DNA of 64,000 nt, taken from the NCBI RefSeq assembly GCF_009914755.1, contig NC_060947.1, one strand, 5' to 3'. A model generated the notes under the pieces. That model saw only the letters and a program-made list of their open reading frames with translations. It did no database searches and was not told where the DNA came from. The stretch comes from the human T2T-CHM13v2.0 reference genome, Homo sapiens. Shown in pieces: positions 36,223 through 50,310 of this stretch (positions are counted from its first letter, which is position 1; each line of letters begins with the position of its first letter). Made by a program: the position numbers and the translations under genes.

Positions 36223-38713
36223 AGCCACACCACTCTAACCAGATGCAAATCCACTCAACTTTGGAGAAACCACATAAACAAGAAGGGTAAGATCCAGAGG
36301 GAACACTCCAGCCTGCTGAGACTTCCACTGTCCCAACAACCCTAAAGGTTATAGAGACATCCTTGAGACCATTTTTAAAGTGTGAGTCACATTGCAGGGA
36401 TAGAATGCTGAAGCCATCCTACTCAACAATAGGTGACAGAAGAAACAACACAAGGAGAGAGGAAATGGGAAAGGCGGCAGGCCCTGCTTCATCCCAAATC
36501 ACCCCTATCCTCACCTCCAGGGAAGAGAAAGGGGTACAAGACAAAGGAGATGATTGATGGGGCTCCCTACCCAAGCTAAGCTGTTCTCACTTCCACATCC
36601 CTGCTTGTCCCTTCTTCCTACCCTGGCCAGGCATGTCTATACATATCTCCAAAACTCAAGAATCCACTGGATTTCTCTTGCACCAGGCCTAACATCACTT
36701 ACAGTTGGAAGCTGTTGATCCTGTTCCTGAGAATGAAGAGACACACTGTAGTTCTATCTTGAGAGAGATGGCCCTCTTTCGTGAATCACGACAGGTACAG
36801 ACGGCATGTGGCAACATGGGAAAAGAGAAAATAGAATAGCCAAGAAACTGATACTCAGAAGATCATGGAAGAGGGCTCCAGTTCCATGGTTCCAAAGACC
36901 CCCTGAATAGCCCCAGGACAATTCAACACCAACATGATGAAAACCAACTCATCCCTCCACCATGTGGTTTCTCCCATAGTCCCTGTCTCTGTTGGTGGCA
37001 CCTTCCAACCCAAGTGCCAAGCTAGAAACAGTGGAGTCATCTGTAACATTTTCCTTTGCACTGCCAACCACATCCTATCATCCTCACTGTCTCCAGCCCC
37101 AGGATATGGCTCTATCCCTTGAGGTTTCCCGACCTCCAGCCCACATTCCCCTCAATTACCCAGCTCAAGTGTGACTCCTGCTTCCTGCAAGACCTACAGA
37201 AAGAAAATCACAGTACATCCAATCTTATATCCTGCCTTTTTTCTATTTAACATATTTTGAACAATATTCCAAGCTAAAAAATAGTTTTAAATGTCATGTT
37301 AATGGTTGCATGACATTTCATTGAATGGATAGTTTAGCCATTGTTGGATGTTGGTTTGCTTTTGATATTTTACAGTTAAAATGGTACTATGATAAAAAAA
37401 AAAAAAAAACACAGCACAGAAAAGTTCTCTGGGTTAAAGAGATAGGAACTAAAGAAACACATAGCATAAGGTAATGGGCAAGTCAGCAGTCATGGGATCC
37501 AGTAAAAAATTAAAGGAAATTTCTGTGGGCCTAAATGGCATCTGTTCACATCAGGAAGCCAGGAGCACACCTGGAGACCAATGCTACTAGACCACCCTCC
37601 TTGGTAGTGTCTTATGGTATGTTAAGGGGGGCTGGAGAATAAACCCTTTGTATGCCTATTTACCACAACTCCCTCCCAGCACCCAGGAAAGGGACCTGCC
37701 ATTGTTGCCCATAAAAGAAGCCAGAGTCTCCCTTCTCTCTCCTGCTTCAGGAGGAGGCACTGCCACATCTTGAGGCAAGAACAATGATAAAATCTACAAC
37801 ACCCTATTGTTCTTAGACAGTGGAGCCTCATTCCAGCATCACTCTAATACCAAAACCAGATAAAGACACAACACAAAAGGAAACTGCAGGCCAATATCTC
37901 TGATGAACAGAGGTGCAAAAATCCTCCAAAAAAATGCAGGCAAACCAAATCCAACAGCACATCAAAAAGATTATTCACCATGATGAAGTGAGATTTAGCC
38001 CAGAGATACAAGGATGTTCCAACATAACAAATCAGTAAATGTGATACAACACATCAACAGAATAAAGGACAAAAACTAAATGATCATCTCAATATACACA
38101 GAAAAAGCATTAGATAAAATTCAACAGCCCTGCATGACAAAAACTCTCAACAAATTAGATATAGAAGGAACATACCTCAATGCAATAAAGGCCACGTATA
38201 ACAAACCAACCCAAAACATCGTATTGAATGGGGAAACTTAAAAAGCTTTTCCTCTAGGAATTGGAACAAGACAAGGATGCCTACTCTCAACACTCTTGTT
38301 CAACATAGTACTGTAATTACTAGCCAGAACAATTAGGCAAGAGAAATAAATACACAGCATCCAAATTGGAAAGAGGAAAGTCAAATTGTCCCTCTTTGCT
38401 GATAACATGCTCTTATATACATACATGCATATATATATATATAAAGATTTCACAAAAATACTCTTAGAGCTAAAAAATGAATTCAGTAAAATTGCGGGAT
38501 ACAAAATCAACATACAACAGTTAGTAGCATTTCTATACACCAACAACAAACTAGCTGAAAAATAAATCAAAAAAGCAATCTCATTGACAATAGCTACAAA
38601 AACAATCAAATGCCTAGGAATAAACTTAACCAAAGAGGTGAAAGATTTCTACAAGAAAAACTATAAAATATTGGTGAAAGAAATTGAGGAGGACAGCAAA
38701 GATAAAAGGCACC

Positions 38714-39077
38714 AGTATTAGCCCATTTTCACGCTGCTGATAAAGACACACCTGAGACTGGGTAATTTATAAAGAAAAAGAGCTTTAATGGACTCAGAGT
38801 TCCACGTGGCTGGGGAGGCCTCACGATGATGATGAAAGGTGAAAGGCATGTCTTACTTGGCAGCAGGCAAGAGAGAATGAGAGAACCAAGTAAAAGGGGT
38901 TTCTGCTTATAAAACCGTCGGATCTCATGAGACTTATTCACTACCAGGAGAACAGAATGGGTGAAACTGCCCCTATGACTCAATTATCTCCCACTGGGTC
39001 CCTCCCACAACACATGGGAATTAAGGGAGCTACAATTCAAGATGAGATTTGGGTGGGGATACAGCCAAACCATATCA
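38714..39077 (-). mobile_element. THE1 (THE1B-like) MaLR solo LTR inserted in L1
   Basis: gtattagcccattttcacgctgctgataaagac...gccaaaccatatca; 5-bp TSD gcacc/gcatc. Confidence 0.9.
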
Positions 39078-39322
39078 GCATCCCATGTTCATGGACCATA
39101 AGAATTAATATTGTTAAAATGACCATACTACCCAAAGTGATCTACAGATTCCATGTAATCTCTATGAAAATACTAATGACATTCTTCACAGAAGCAGAAA
39201 AGGCAATCCTAAGATTCGTATGGATCCAGAAAAGACCCCTAATAGCCAAAGCAATCCCAAGAAAAAAGAAAAAAGCTGGAGGCACTACACTACCAGATTA
39301 CAAAATATACTACATAGCTATA

Positions 39323-39771
39323 TGCTATTGTCTGGATATGGTTTGTTTACCTCTCCAAATCACATTTTAAAATTTAATCCCCAGTGTGGCGGTGTTAGTA
39401 GGTGGGAACTAGTGGGAGGTGTTTTGGTCATAGGGGCAGATCCCTTATGAATGACTGGCTGCCACCCTCGTCTTCACAGTAGTGAGTGAGTTCATGCTCT
39501 ATTATTTCCCATGAGAACTGCTTGTTAAAAAGAGCCTGGCACCTCCTTCTCTCTGTCTTGCTTGCCTCCTCTCACCATGTGATCTCTGTACATGCCAGCT
39601 CCCCTTCCCCTTCTGCCATGATTGGAAACAGCTCGAGGCCCTCACTTGACGTTAATGCCAGTGCCATGCTTCTTATACAGCCCACAGAACCGTAAGCCAA
39701 ATAAACCCCTTTTCTGTATAAGTTACCCAACCTCAGGTATTCCTTCATAGCAACACAAAGGAAATAAGGCA
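39323..39771 (+). mobile_element. MSTB-type MaLR solo LTR inserted in L1
   Basis: tgctattgtctggatatggtttg...agaaccgtaagccaaataaacc...cctcaggtattccttcatagcaacaca; TSD ctata/ctgta. Confidence 0.87.
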
Positions 39772-42164
39772 CTGTAGGAACCAAAATAGCATGGTACTGG
39801 CATAAAAACAGATAAATAGACCAATGGAACAGAATAGAACACCCAGAAATAGAGCCACATATTTACAGCCGACAGATTTTTTTAAAAGCACCAAGAACAT
39901 TCACTGGGGAAAGGACAGTCTCTCCAATAAAGGGTGCCAGAAAAACTGGATCTCCATATGCAAAAGAAAGAAACCAGATCCTTATCTCTCACCTTATACA
40001 AAAACCAATTCAAAATGGATTAAAGACTTAAACCTAAGACCCAAAACTATAAAACACTACTAGAAGAAAATATAGGGGAAACACTTTAGGACATTGGTCT
40101 GGGAAAAGAATTTATAAATAAGACCTCAAAAGCATAGAAAACAAAAGCAAAAGTAGACAAATAAGATTATATCAAAATAAAAAGCTTCAACACAGAAAAG
40201 GAAACAATCAACAGAGTGAAAAGACAACCTACAGAATGGAAGAAAATATGTGCATTCTGTTCATCTGACAGGGGACTGATATCCAGAATATACAAGGAAC
40301 TCAACAGCAAAAATACAAATAATCTGATTTAAAAATGAGTAAAAAATCTTAACAGACATTTCTCAAAAAAAAACAGAAATAATCAACAAATGTATAAAAA
40401 ATGCTCAACATCACTATTCATCAGGGGCATGCAAATCAAAACCACAATGAGATATCGTCTCACCCCAGTTAGAATGGCTATATTGTCAAAAAGACAAAAA
40501 ATAACAAATGCTGATAAAGATGCAGAGAAACCAGAACTTTTATACACTATTGGTAGGAATGCAAACTAGTGCAGCCACTATGGAGAACAGTATGGAGGTG
40601 TCTCAAAAAAACTACAAATAAAACTACCACATGATCTGTCAATCCCATTACTGGGTATATAAAAAACTACAAATAAAACTACCACATAATCCAGCAATCC
40701 CATTACTGGGTATATACCCCAAAGAAAGGAACTCAATATATCAAAGAGATATCTGCATCTCCATGTTTAGTGCAGCACTATTCACAATATCCAAGATATG
40801 GAATCAACCTAGATGTCCAATAACAGATAAATTGATAAAGAAAATATGATATCTATACACAATGGAATATTACTCAACCATAAAAAAGAAGGAATTCTGT
40901 CATTCATGGCAACATGATGAGCCTGGGGGACATTACATTAAGTGAAATAAGCCAGGAACAGAAAATTAAATAATGCATATTCTCATTCATATATGGAAGC
41001 TAAACAAGTTGATCTCAAAGAAGTAGAGAGTAGAATAGTGGTTACTAGAGGCTGGGAAAGGTGGAGGGGAGAGAGAGTAGGAAAGGATTGGTTAAAGGAT
41101 ACCAAATGACAGCTAGATGGGAGGAATGAGTTCTAGTGTTCTATAGCACTGTAGGGTGACTACAGTCAACAATAATTTATTATGTAGAAGAGAGGAGTTG
41201 GAATGTTCCCAACACAAAAAAATGATAAATGTTGAGATGAATAATATGTGAATTACCCTGATTAGATCACCGTACATTGTAAGTATTGAAACTCACTATG
41301 TGCCCCATAAATATGTACAAGTATTATGTGTCTATTTAAAAATTTTTAATTAAAAATAAATAGTGGATGGAGACTCATGAAAAGTTTCAAATTGGTGGAA
41401 ACACATTGTCCAGAAGTGGCTGAGGCATGTCCAGCGCAGACAAGAAAGGCAGGAAGGCAGGTCGGAGGCTCAGACTCTCCAGGCTGAGTTTGTGAAAGAG
41501 TTAGAATAAGATCTATCTTCATGATGCTTTTGAAGCTACTTGGTTTTAATTCTAGGATTCAATGAGAGATGTACGAGATTAGATTTGATGTAAGGAAAGA
41601 CTTGGCATCTGTCCTACCCTTGTGGTTAAGGAGTCCAAGTGGAAACTTTCCATGATATTCCAGTAGATCTCCCAGGGTAGGCCCTCCCAAGTGGCATGAG
41701 GAAATATGCCCTCAGTTTTAGGGCAAAAATTGGTGATTCCTAGCTTTTTATGATTGCAGACCCTTCTGGAAATCTGGTGTATTTTTGATGGCTGCTTTTG
41801 TGCCACAAGGGCAGAGTTAAGTAGTTGTGACAGAAAATCGATGCTATCTTCTCTTTCAGGAAAAACATGCTGACCCCTGGTGTGGATGGCTGAGTTTTTC
41901 GTGTCTTACAAGGTAGTGAGGTGATTTCAAATGTTCGAAAGAACTGTGTGTGCTGCCTCATTATCTTAACCCATCCATCTATCCACTCTGAAGATGGCTA
42001 CTCGCTGGTTGGCCCAAGGTGTGTCTAACCCATGGAGCCAGTGCGGGAAGCAGGGAGCAGGGAATCTTTTGTGGTTCTTTTCTGTATTCTTTGGAGAATG
42101 GTGAACAGGCTTTTACAGACCTAAATAAGCTGTAGAGTTTTTGGTGTTGACTACAAATAAAAAT

Positions 42165-45100
42165 CAGGGAGATGATGAAAGAGCCAGTTAAGATATCTTG
42201 TTTTCTAACAAAACTGAGAAAAGGGGTTATTTGGCCACCATGTGTGACCTTAGGTAAGGAACCACTCTCTTTGGGTATCGGTTTCCTTGCAAGTAGAATG
42301 AGGGGCACTGGGGAGATGCCCAAGATTCCCCTCCAACTGAAAGGCACTCAAAGAGCCTGTGATTCTCCCCAGTAGGTGCCCAGTTGGCAAAGTAAGTACA
42401 AAGGAGCAAAGTTGGGATTCGAATCCAGGTTCATGTGCTCCAAAGCTCTGCCCCACGGATTCACAAATTGGGGGCAAGTTTAAGAACCACAGAGCCAGAC
42501 TGAAGCCAAGAGACAAGAGGATCACATACATTTGTGGGGGCTTCAGCTGGCTCTTGCTGTAGTTAGCTCCTGCCCCAGGGCCTTTGCATTTACAGTCCCT
42601 CTGTGCTAGACCATGCCTCTCTCATTATCTCCACAGCTGTCCACACCTCCTGCAGCTGTCCGATCAAATACCACGTTCTCAGGGACCTTCCCTGACCACC
42701 TTTTACAAAGTAAAATTGCAACCCCCTCCCCATGTTCCCCAGCCCCTTACTCTGCTATACAATCAGTTCACAGCACATCTCTCCACCTGACATGTTTAGT
42801 GTAAATTTCCCTGTTAACTCTTTTGTTGTCTGCTTCCCTCCACTAGAATGTCAGCTCCAAGAGGCAAACCTGTTTTGTTCACTACCATATCCCCACAGCC
42901 TCCGCCAGCATCAGCCATGGAGACAGAGCCCAGTCCTTTTTGGGGCACAGATGTGAAGCATAATGGGGACCAGGATGGCCCATGGCACTGAGACTGTGTG
43001 CTAACCCCTGTGTTGCTACTCAGAGTGCCCTGCCAGAAGGACAGTAGTGATGAAAAGCCATGCATTTTTCATATGTGAACAGAAGGCAAGAAGTTCCCGG
43101 ATACCAGCCTCCATGCTGCTTTTAAAGCCCTCTGTCTCCAGGGATGACAGCCTCCTGCCCTCTTTGGAAGCTGTTGAGTTACCATCCAGCTACCTAATTG
43201 TCCATAAAGAGGAAGTCCTTCACTCTCCTGAGAAACATGCACGTGAGGACTGGGGAACCAACGCATGAATGCAGGTGACTGCTACCTCCTCCAGAGCCCT
43301 TCTGACATGGTCACCCAATTCAAGCATGTACAGAGGACATTCATCAATTCAAATGTCCACTGGAGAAAAACCTATGGCCTCCTGGCCAGCGGCTTTCCTC
43401 CTTTCCTCAGCCCATTAACCCACTCAAGGCTTTCTATGCTTTAAAAACAAATGAATGAACAAACACCATGAAATGCTCCTTCCCTTCATCCTGCGTCCAT
43501 CTAGCAACTGCCCCGCCTCCCTTCCCCTTCAGAGCCAAACTTCTAACAAAAGAGTCTGCACTGGTCCTGGCCCGTGCTGTTTCCTCACTGCCCATTTCTG
43601 TCTCTCTCCTGGGACCAGCACTCACCCCCACCACTTCCCGGAACTGCTTTTGCACTGAGGTTTCAACCATCGCCCATTTGCCCGTGATTCTCAAATCTTC
43701 CCCGTAGTCTCAAACTCTCTCCTCACCTCTCATCCTACATTTCCAGCTGTCTAGAAGGCATTTCCTTTGGGTTATCTCCTGATCACTGAACATGCTTAAA
43801 ACTGACCTCATTAGTTCCCCGTAAGCTCTCCAGCTTGCCTGAATTCTCGACAGCAGGGAGTGATAACCTCGCCTCCAAAGCTCCTCTGGCTAGCACTGCT
43901 GAAATCTCACTCTTTTGCTTACTCTTTAGCCTCAGTTTCCTCATCCTTAAAACAGGGATAATAACTCAGAACCTGAAGGGTGGTTTATAAGGGGTATAAA
44001 TAATTGAGGTAGGTGCCTGGTACCCCATCGGTAGTCCACAGATTATAGCCATTATTACCCTTGACTGCTTCCTCTCCCTCATGTCCCCTACCCAATCCTG
44101 AACAAGTCCTGGCAATCCCACCTCCTAAATAGGACTAGAACACAATCATTTGTCTCCAGGCCCACTACCCTGAAACACAGACAAGTCATTGTAGATTCTT
44201 GCAATCACCCCAAGGAACTCCCCAGAATCCACCCTCTCCTGTACCAATCCTATCTTCCACCCGACCACCACACTGAGCTTTCAGAAAAGCAAACCTTGCT
44301 GACATACAACTGCTTCAAAGCCTTCCAAACATCTGCAGTGCCTACGGGACACAAGTCCAAAATCTTTAACGTAGTCTCCATAGTTCTTTGTGATTTGGCA
44401 CAGCACTCCTCCAAAGCTATCCCCAGAAGCTTCTATGCTCTGTCACTCCTGTGAACCTCTGAAAATGAGCTACCCCTCATCCTATCCATTCATTTCACAA
44501 AGCTCTACTGAGCACTTACTATGTGACAGGCAGTGTGCCAAGTGCCATCCTAAAGAGTTTACCATCTGCTGGTATAGGCAGTGCTCTGCAAAGGACAGGA
44601 TGCCAGGGGGGCACAGAACAAGAGGTCATGGGTACACCTTCAGCAGTGAGCCAAAAAAAGAGAGGATGGCAGGAACAAGCAGACGTGGTCAACCGGGACA
44701 TCCTTGACATTTCTCTCTTGTCGTAGCCTTGTGAAGTCATCCTTGAATGTCAAGTTAATCATTTGTTTCTCTTGGCTCCCACAGACCAACTGAACAGCCC
44801 TCTCCAGGTTTTCACATCTGCCTTCCCACTAGCTGGTGGGCTCTTTGGGAGAAGCCATCGTGTTTTTCCAGAAGTGGAGACTTTAGGACCTGAGGGTGCT
44901 CAGTGAATGGATAAAAAGAAGTTGGTTCTAGCTTTACATGCATGCACCATACATGTGTGTACAAAATCTGCCCGGAGGAGCCTTCCAGACTGCCCACACT
45001 AGGCCAGGTGTGGGAGGTCTGGAAGGCTCCCCAGGCAGATTCATGCACCCCCATTGTCTGAGAAGCTCTCGATTTCACAGTCTCAGCTGTCAATCACATG

Positions 45101-47070
45101 CCGTGGTTATTGGAGTAATGTGTCTCACTGCCATTAGCCTGCAGGCTGCATGAGGCAAAGGACTGTGTGGGCCATACTCACTGCAGTGCCCGGCACACGG
45201 GAGTGCTCAATAAGAAATCCTTGCTGGTAATTGAAAGTGAGCAGGCTGCATCATCTCTTTGTTTTATATCTCCCACAGCACCAAGAACCAGAATAAGCCC
45301 CTCAGTAACCAGATACTCGTGGAGTTGGACTTATTAAATCACATATATTCTCAAATGACTCCACTGCAAATGATCTCAACAAGTCAGGTCAGCAAAGGAA
45401 AGTGATGGTGATCCACCACGTGTGAGGAGAAAGTGGATTTGAATTCCTGGCCCTACCAGAGAGCAGCTATGTGGCCTTGGCAAGTCACCTAGCCTGTCCA
45501 TCTCTGTTTCTTCACCTGAAAAAAAATGGTCACACTGGATTCCCATGAGGTGTCTATGAAATAACCAACACAGAATGTTTAATACATGCGTCATGATCAC
45601 TCAGCATCTGCTTCAGTTATTGTAATTACTGTGAGTGTAGTCATGGAATTCAGTCTCCTCCTGGCCCATGTCACCAGGGCCCGCCCTTGCCCCCAAGCCA
45701 CCTTATTGACTAACTTCTCCCCTCTTCCCCCACATAGTCAGTAGCAATGAGTTCACCATCCAATGACCCTTTCATCTGAGTTCCTCCTCATCCACCTACT
45801 CATTCACAGCCTGGGACATTCAGCCTAGGCGCTAAACCCCACACATTCACACCAGGTGTCCTGAGCAGCTAGTTATTGAGAATGGCATCTAGTTATTGGG
45901 CCACTAAGCACAACACTTACAGATTTTTCACTCCGAAGGATTGGAATACAATGGAAAACTGAAATTATGCTCAAAGTTATACTCAAAACCTTGGAGTCCT
46001 GGTCAATTCCGAAGCTGCCTGGATCTTTCAACAGCCTTAATCTTGCGTGGTCCCCTGTCCCTGATCCTGGAATGGCAGCATTGCCACCCCAGTTTCAGAC
46101 ATGTTTCTCAGCATCATCCTGGCCATGTGACTAAAATGCGGACTCCAAGGCCCCACCCTAAGACTGATTCCGAGAACAGGACCGAAGCCCTAGCATTTGC
46201 ATTTCCCTAGGCTCCCTGAGGACCCGGATGCTGGGGAGGGGCTGCTGCGTGGAAGTCCAGGCCTGCGGTGCATCTGAGCAGAGCCTAGGTGCCTGCAGGG
46301 TGCAGGGTGCAAGGTGCTCACTGTGCCTGTGGAACACCTGTAACTGTGCTGCTCAGTGGCTCCAGAGCCCCGCCTTCTGGCCTTTGCCCATGTGACCACA
46401 GGCTCCCGCACCCTCGGATCCCTGCCTGCCATGCCCCAACCACCCTGCCCCCTCATAGGAGCTGGTGGGATCCCATGAAGTGCAGCCCAGCCTTCCCGCC
46501 CCGAGGCAGGGCCCAGGCAGGCAGGAGCCGGGCTGACTGTAGGGGGAGGCCCCTCCGGGAAAACGGCACTGCTGCTTCCCACCCCACCTTTGCGCAGCGC
46601 GGAGTGTGGAGATGCACAGAGTGATGCTGGGGACACCTGGAAGAGCAATCCCAGCAGTGATGGAAAGGACAGACAGGAGTGGCCACTGAGGTGCAGGAGA
46701 GACTGTCTCTTGTAATCTCAATTGCTCGCTCCACCCAGAGAGCACATATTATGATCCCCATTCTGCAGATGAGGAAACTGAGGCCGGGAGGTGGGGAGGG
46801 AGTGGTGCTAGATGGCGATGAAGGGCAGGCTGCAGAGGACTCCCGGGTCTGACAGTGCTCATGGAGGCAGCCGCAGGTGGGCCCTGGGGGCTATGTGGGA
46901 CTGAGTGCTGCCTACACACTACCCCATTGATGTTCCCTGCACTCCCAGTGAATATCTTTATTATGGTCGTTTTACAGATGATGAAACTGAGGTTCCAAAA
47001 GGTTAAGAGCATTGCTCAGAGTCACAAGGGTACTAAGTGGTGGAACTGGGCCTAGAATTCAGCCAACCAC
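42165..47070. mobile_element. Cluster of ancient MIR, L2 and MER5-like fragments
   Basis: e.g. tgtgtgaccttaggtaag (42241), ctccactagaatgtcagctcca (42838), gcctcagtttcctcatc (43929), tgtggccttggcaagtcacc (45470), cagatgaggaaactgaggc (46766). Confidence 0.6.
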
Positions 47071-47716
47071 ACAAACCTCTGTGGCCCCGGTCTCCACCTC
47101 ATCTCCCATCATTCCCCCCAGCACTGGCCCAGCAGTTCTCCAAATCCTGGAGATTCTGTCCTGCCTGCATCTTTGGGACAAACCCTTTGCCCTGTCTGGA
47201 ATGTCCCCCTCCCCGAACTCCCTTGGGAAATTCTCCAGATATGCTCACAGAACATGGCTTTCTCTGTGACTCGTCCTCCTCCCACTGCAACAATCCACCC
47301 CAGCATTCTATTTGCTACTCCAGTAGCAATGATCTCAGTTTACTGTGCATACTTTGTTTTGTCTTTATCTGTATCCCATGCTGGGTTCTTACTTTTCCAG
47401 GGAAAGTGACCTTGTCCTACTTATCCTTTTATGCCCAGCAAGCACAGGCTTACAGAAATGCTTGCTAAAGACTGCTCTGTATTGCCTAACTTGCAGGGCC
47501 CTCCACAGCCCTGGCCTAACCACTGTTCCATCGTTATTTCTGGGCATTCTGTTGACTCATCCATGCTACTCCTGATTGCTTTGCATGCAGTAACAGCATC
47601 ACACAGGACAGGTGCAGCAAGGAGCACCCGCAGACATGAAAGGCACGGTTAACGCTAACAGCGACCAGGGTCAGGGCAAGATACATGTCCTAAGGACCCA
47701 AGAAGTATGGGCTAAC

Positions 47717-48153
47717 ACTGCAGTTCTCACATCTGGGTCCAGGGACCCCAAAGGGTCCCCAGACCGTTTCAGGCAGCGCTTTACAAGATCAAATCTCTTT
47801 TTATAATGACACGAAGAGATTTTTGCCTTGGCTCTTTTCTTCTTGCCCAAGGATACCATGGAGTTTTCCAGAGGTTACCTGAGTGTGATGCCAAGGTGCG
47901 TGGAAGTCAGAAGCAGATGAAAGTTCAGCTGTCTAATATGTTATTGGTGTTAATGTGCAATGCTTTTATTACTGACATCTTTCAGTAAGTGAAATTTTTA
48001 TTTTTATTTTTTAATTTTAACACAGCAAAATGTATACTGTGTGTATAGATAGAGATAGAGATAGAATCTCCACATAAACAAACATTCTTTGGGGTCTTAA
48101 ATAAACTGTAAGAGTGCAAAGGGGTGCTGAGACCCAAAGGTTTGAAAGCTGCT
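47717..48153 (+). mobile_element. hAT-Charlie DNA transposon remnant (Charlie1/MER119-like)
   Basis: Terminal ctgcagttctcacatctgggtccagggacccc ... ggggtgctgagacccaaaggtttgaaagctgct; internal ggagttttccagagg. Confidence 0.65.
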
Positions 48154-48529
48154 CGTATTAAAGAACTAGTCAGTTAATCTTGCTTCATTTGATGCTCCAA
48201 AATGGAATGCAGTTAAAAAACAAACAAACAAACAAAAAAACCTTTCATGGCATATTAGGTTGGGGACAGTGTGGTCTTTATCTTTAAAGACAACTTTATT
48301 TTGTTTCTTCTGTGATGATGGTGTAGGTACCACAGAATGCAAACTTAGGAGAGCAAGTGTGGAAGATTTTTGTAATCCATGTGAAACATCATATATCTAC
48401 ATTAACAATTTTTATGCCCTGATTTTTAAGATCTTTCTTCTTTGTTTTTATACAAGAGGGTCAAATCGATGCAGCACAAATAGGGAATTGTGGGTTCAGC
48501 TTGCAAACTGCCTGAGATCAACAACTGGA

Positions 48530-48965
48530 TTGTGTAAGTGTGTTCCAGCTGCCGTGACCAAGACCCCACAGGCTGGGAGGCTGAACCTACAGAAATGGAT
48601 GCCTCACCATTCCAGAGACTGCAAGTCAGAAATCAGAATATGGGCAGGGCCACGCTCCCTCTGAAGGCTCTGTGGAATGATCTGTTCCAGGCCCCTCTCC
48701 TAGCTTCCAAGTACTGCCTTGGTTTGTGGCAGCAGAACTCCAAGCTTCACCCTGGCATTGTGTGTATGTATGCATGTCTTTCCAAATGTCCTCTTCTTAG
48801 AAGGACACCAGTCATATCAGATTAGGGCCGATTCTAACGCCCTCATTTTAACTTAATTACTCCTGTAAAGAGCCTATCTCACCTTCTGAGGTGCTGGGAG
48901 ATTAGGGCTTCAACATACCTTTTTTTGCGGGGGAGCAGGAGGGGAAACAATTCAACCCATAAGAG
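48530..48965 (-). mobile_element. MLT1A/B-like MaLR LTR
   Basis: gctgccgtgaccaag...agggccacgctccctctgaaggctct...aggacaccagtcatatcagattaggg...aattcaacccataa. Confidence 0.78.
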
Positions 48966-49699
48966 TGGCCAATGCCACAAATTTGAGAAATTATAAAGGA
49001 AAATGGTATGGGATAAAATTATGGGGCTGAAATCAAGGAAGCAAATAGCATATTTTGGTCCATGGTAATAAGGAACTAGAGAAGGTTTCCAGGGCAAAAC
49101 CTTACAAGACCTTGTTGTGTTGTGTTTTGTCACCATACACATGAGAATGTTACTCAGGGAACTGGGTTTTATGCTGTGAAGGTCCTTGCTGGGCCTCACG
49201 GAAGCTGGGAACATTGTGTTGGGCTAAGGGGGTGGGGGTTATTTTCTTTAAGACAGCCGTGCTCAGACAGTGCAGGTGGGGAGAATGATCTGGACCTACA
49301 AGTTTTAGAATCAATTCCAAGACTCTTGCACCGAAAGTCCAGAGGAGGATGGAATGTACAGGGAAGGAGAAAAAAGAAGAAAAGTGGAGTTCTCCAGAAC
49401 TTTAACATCTTCTACAACTGCAGACCTCACCGCCATTTAAAGCTATGGCTTGCAGTGATGAGAAGTGTTGCTAGGAATCAAATGAGTTTGGTTAGTAAAT
49501 TTAGGGAATGAAATCTTGTAAAAAAAGACAAAGTGAGGAAGAAAACACTGCCAGATTTTGCACTGTTGCAACCATGGTAATGACTTGAGCCAGGAACCTA
49601 GGTGGAAGTTGACCAAAGGAAGCCCAGCACCCACCATTCCTCATGGCCTTGATGAGAAAGGCCATGGCCATCAAAAAGAGCTGCACTTAAAGGGGGAGT

Positions 49700-50310
49700 G
49701 CAATGCTATCTACCTAATCCAGCTTCACATAACAAATTACTACAAATTTTGAAGCTTAAACCAACATGCAGTTATTATTGCACAATTGCCCTGCGTCAGG
49801 GGTCCAGGCCTAACTTAACTGGGTTAAGTTAGGCTGCAATTAGAGTGTTGGCTAGCTGGGTGTTATCTGGAGGCTTTGGGGGAGAATCTGATTCCAGGCT
49901 CACTAAAGTTGCTGGCAGAATTCAGTTCCTTGAGGTGGTAGGGCCGTGGTCCCCATTTTGTTGCCAGCTGCCTCCTGGATTGTTCTCAGCTCCTAGAGGC
50001 CTCTCTCCAGTCCATGCATGTGCCTCCCCCACACTCTCAAAACTAGAAATCATGTGTTGAGTTCTTCTGATGCTTTGAATCTCTCTGATTTCCCCTTCTG
50101 CCCTCCGCAAGGAGAAAGATCTTCTTCTAAAGGCTCATGTGCATCCTAAACCAGGCATAGCAGAGAACGCAAGATAATCTCCCTATTTTAAGGACCACCG
50201 ATTAGTAACCTAATTGCATCTGCAAAGTCCCTTTTGCCATGTGACCTCACAGATTCATGGGTGTGACACAAGGAGGTCGTGGTAGCCCTGTGTCTCTGGG
50301 GAGGCTATCT
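49700..50310 (-). mobile_element. Older MLT1 MaLR LTR
   Basis: cataacaaattactacaaatt...ttgctggcagaattcagttccttg...catctgcaaagtcccttttgccatgtgacc. Confidence 0.7.

Larger units (their letters stand above)
37832..41362 (+). mobile_element. 5'-truncated L1 (L1MA-type; ORF2 RT region to 3'UTR) carrying nested THE1 and MST LTRs
   Basis: ccagcatcactctaataccaaaaccag...aatatctctgatgaac...ctcttgttcaacatagtact...; 3'UTR and A-rich tail; possible degenerate TSD tggagcctcat/tggagactcat. Confidence 0.9.
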
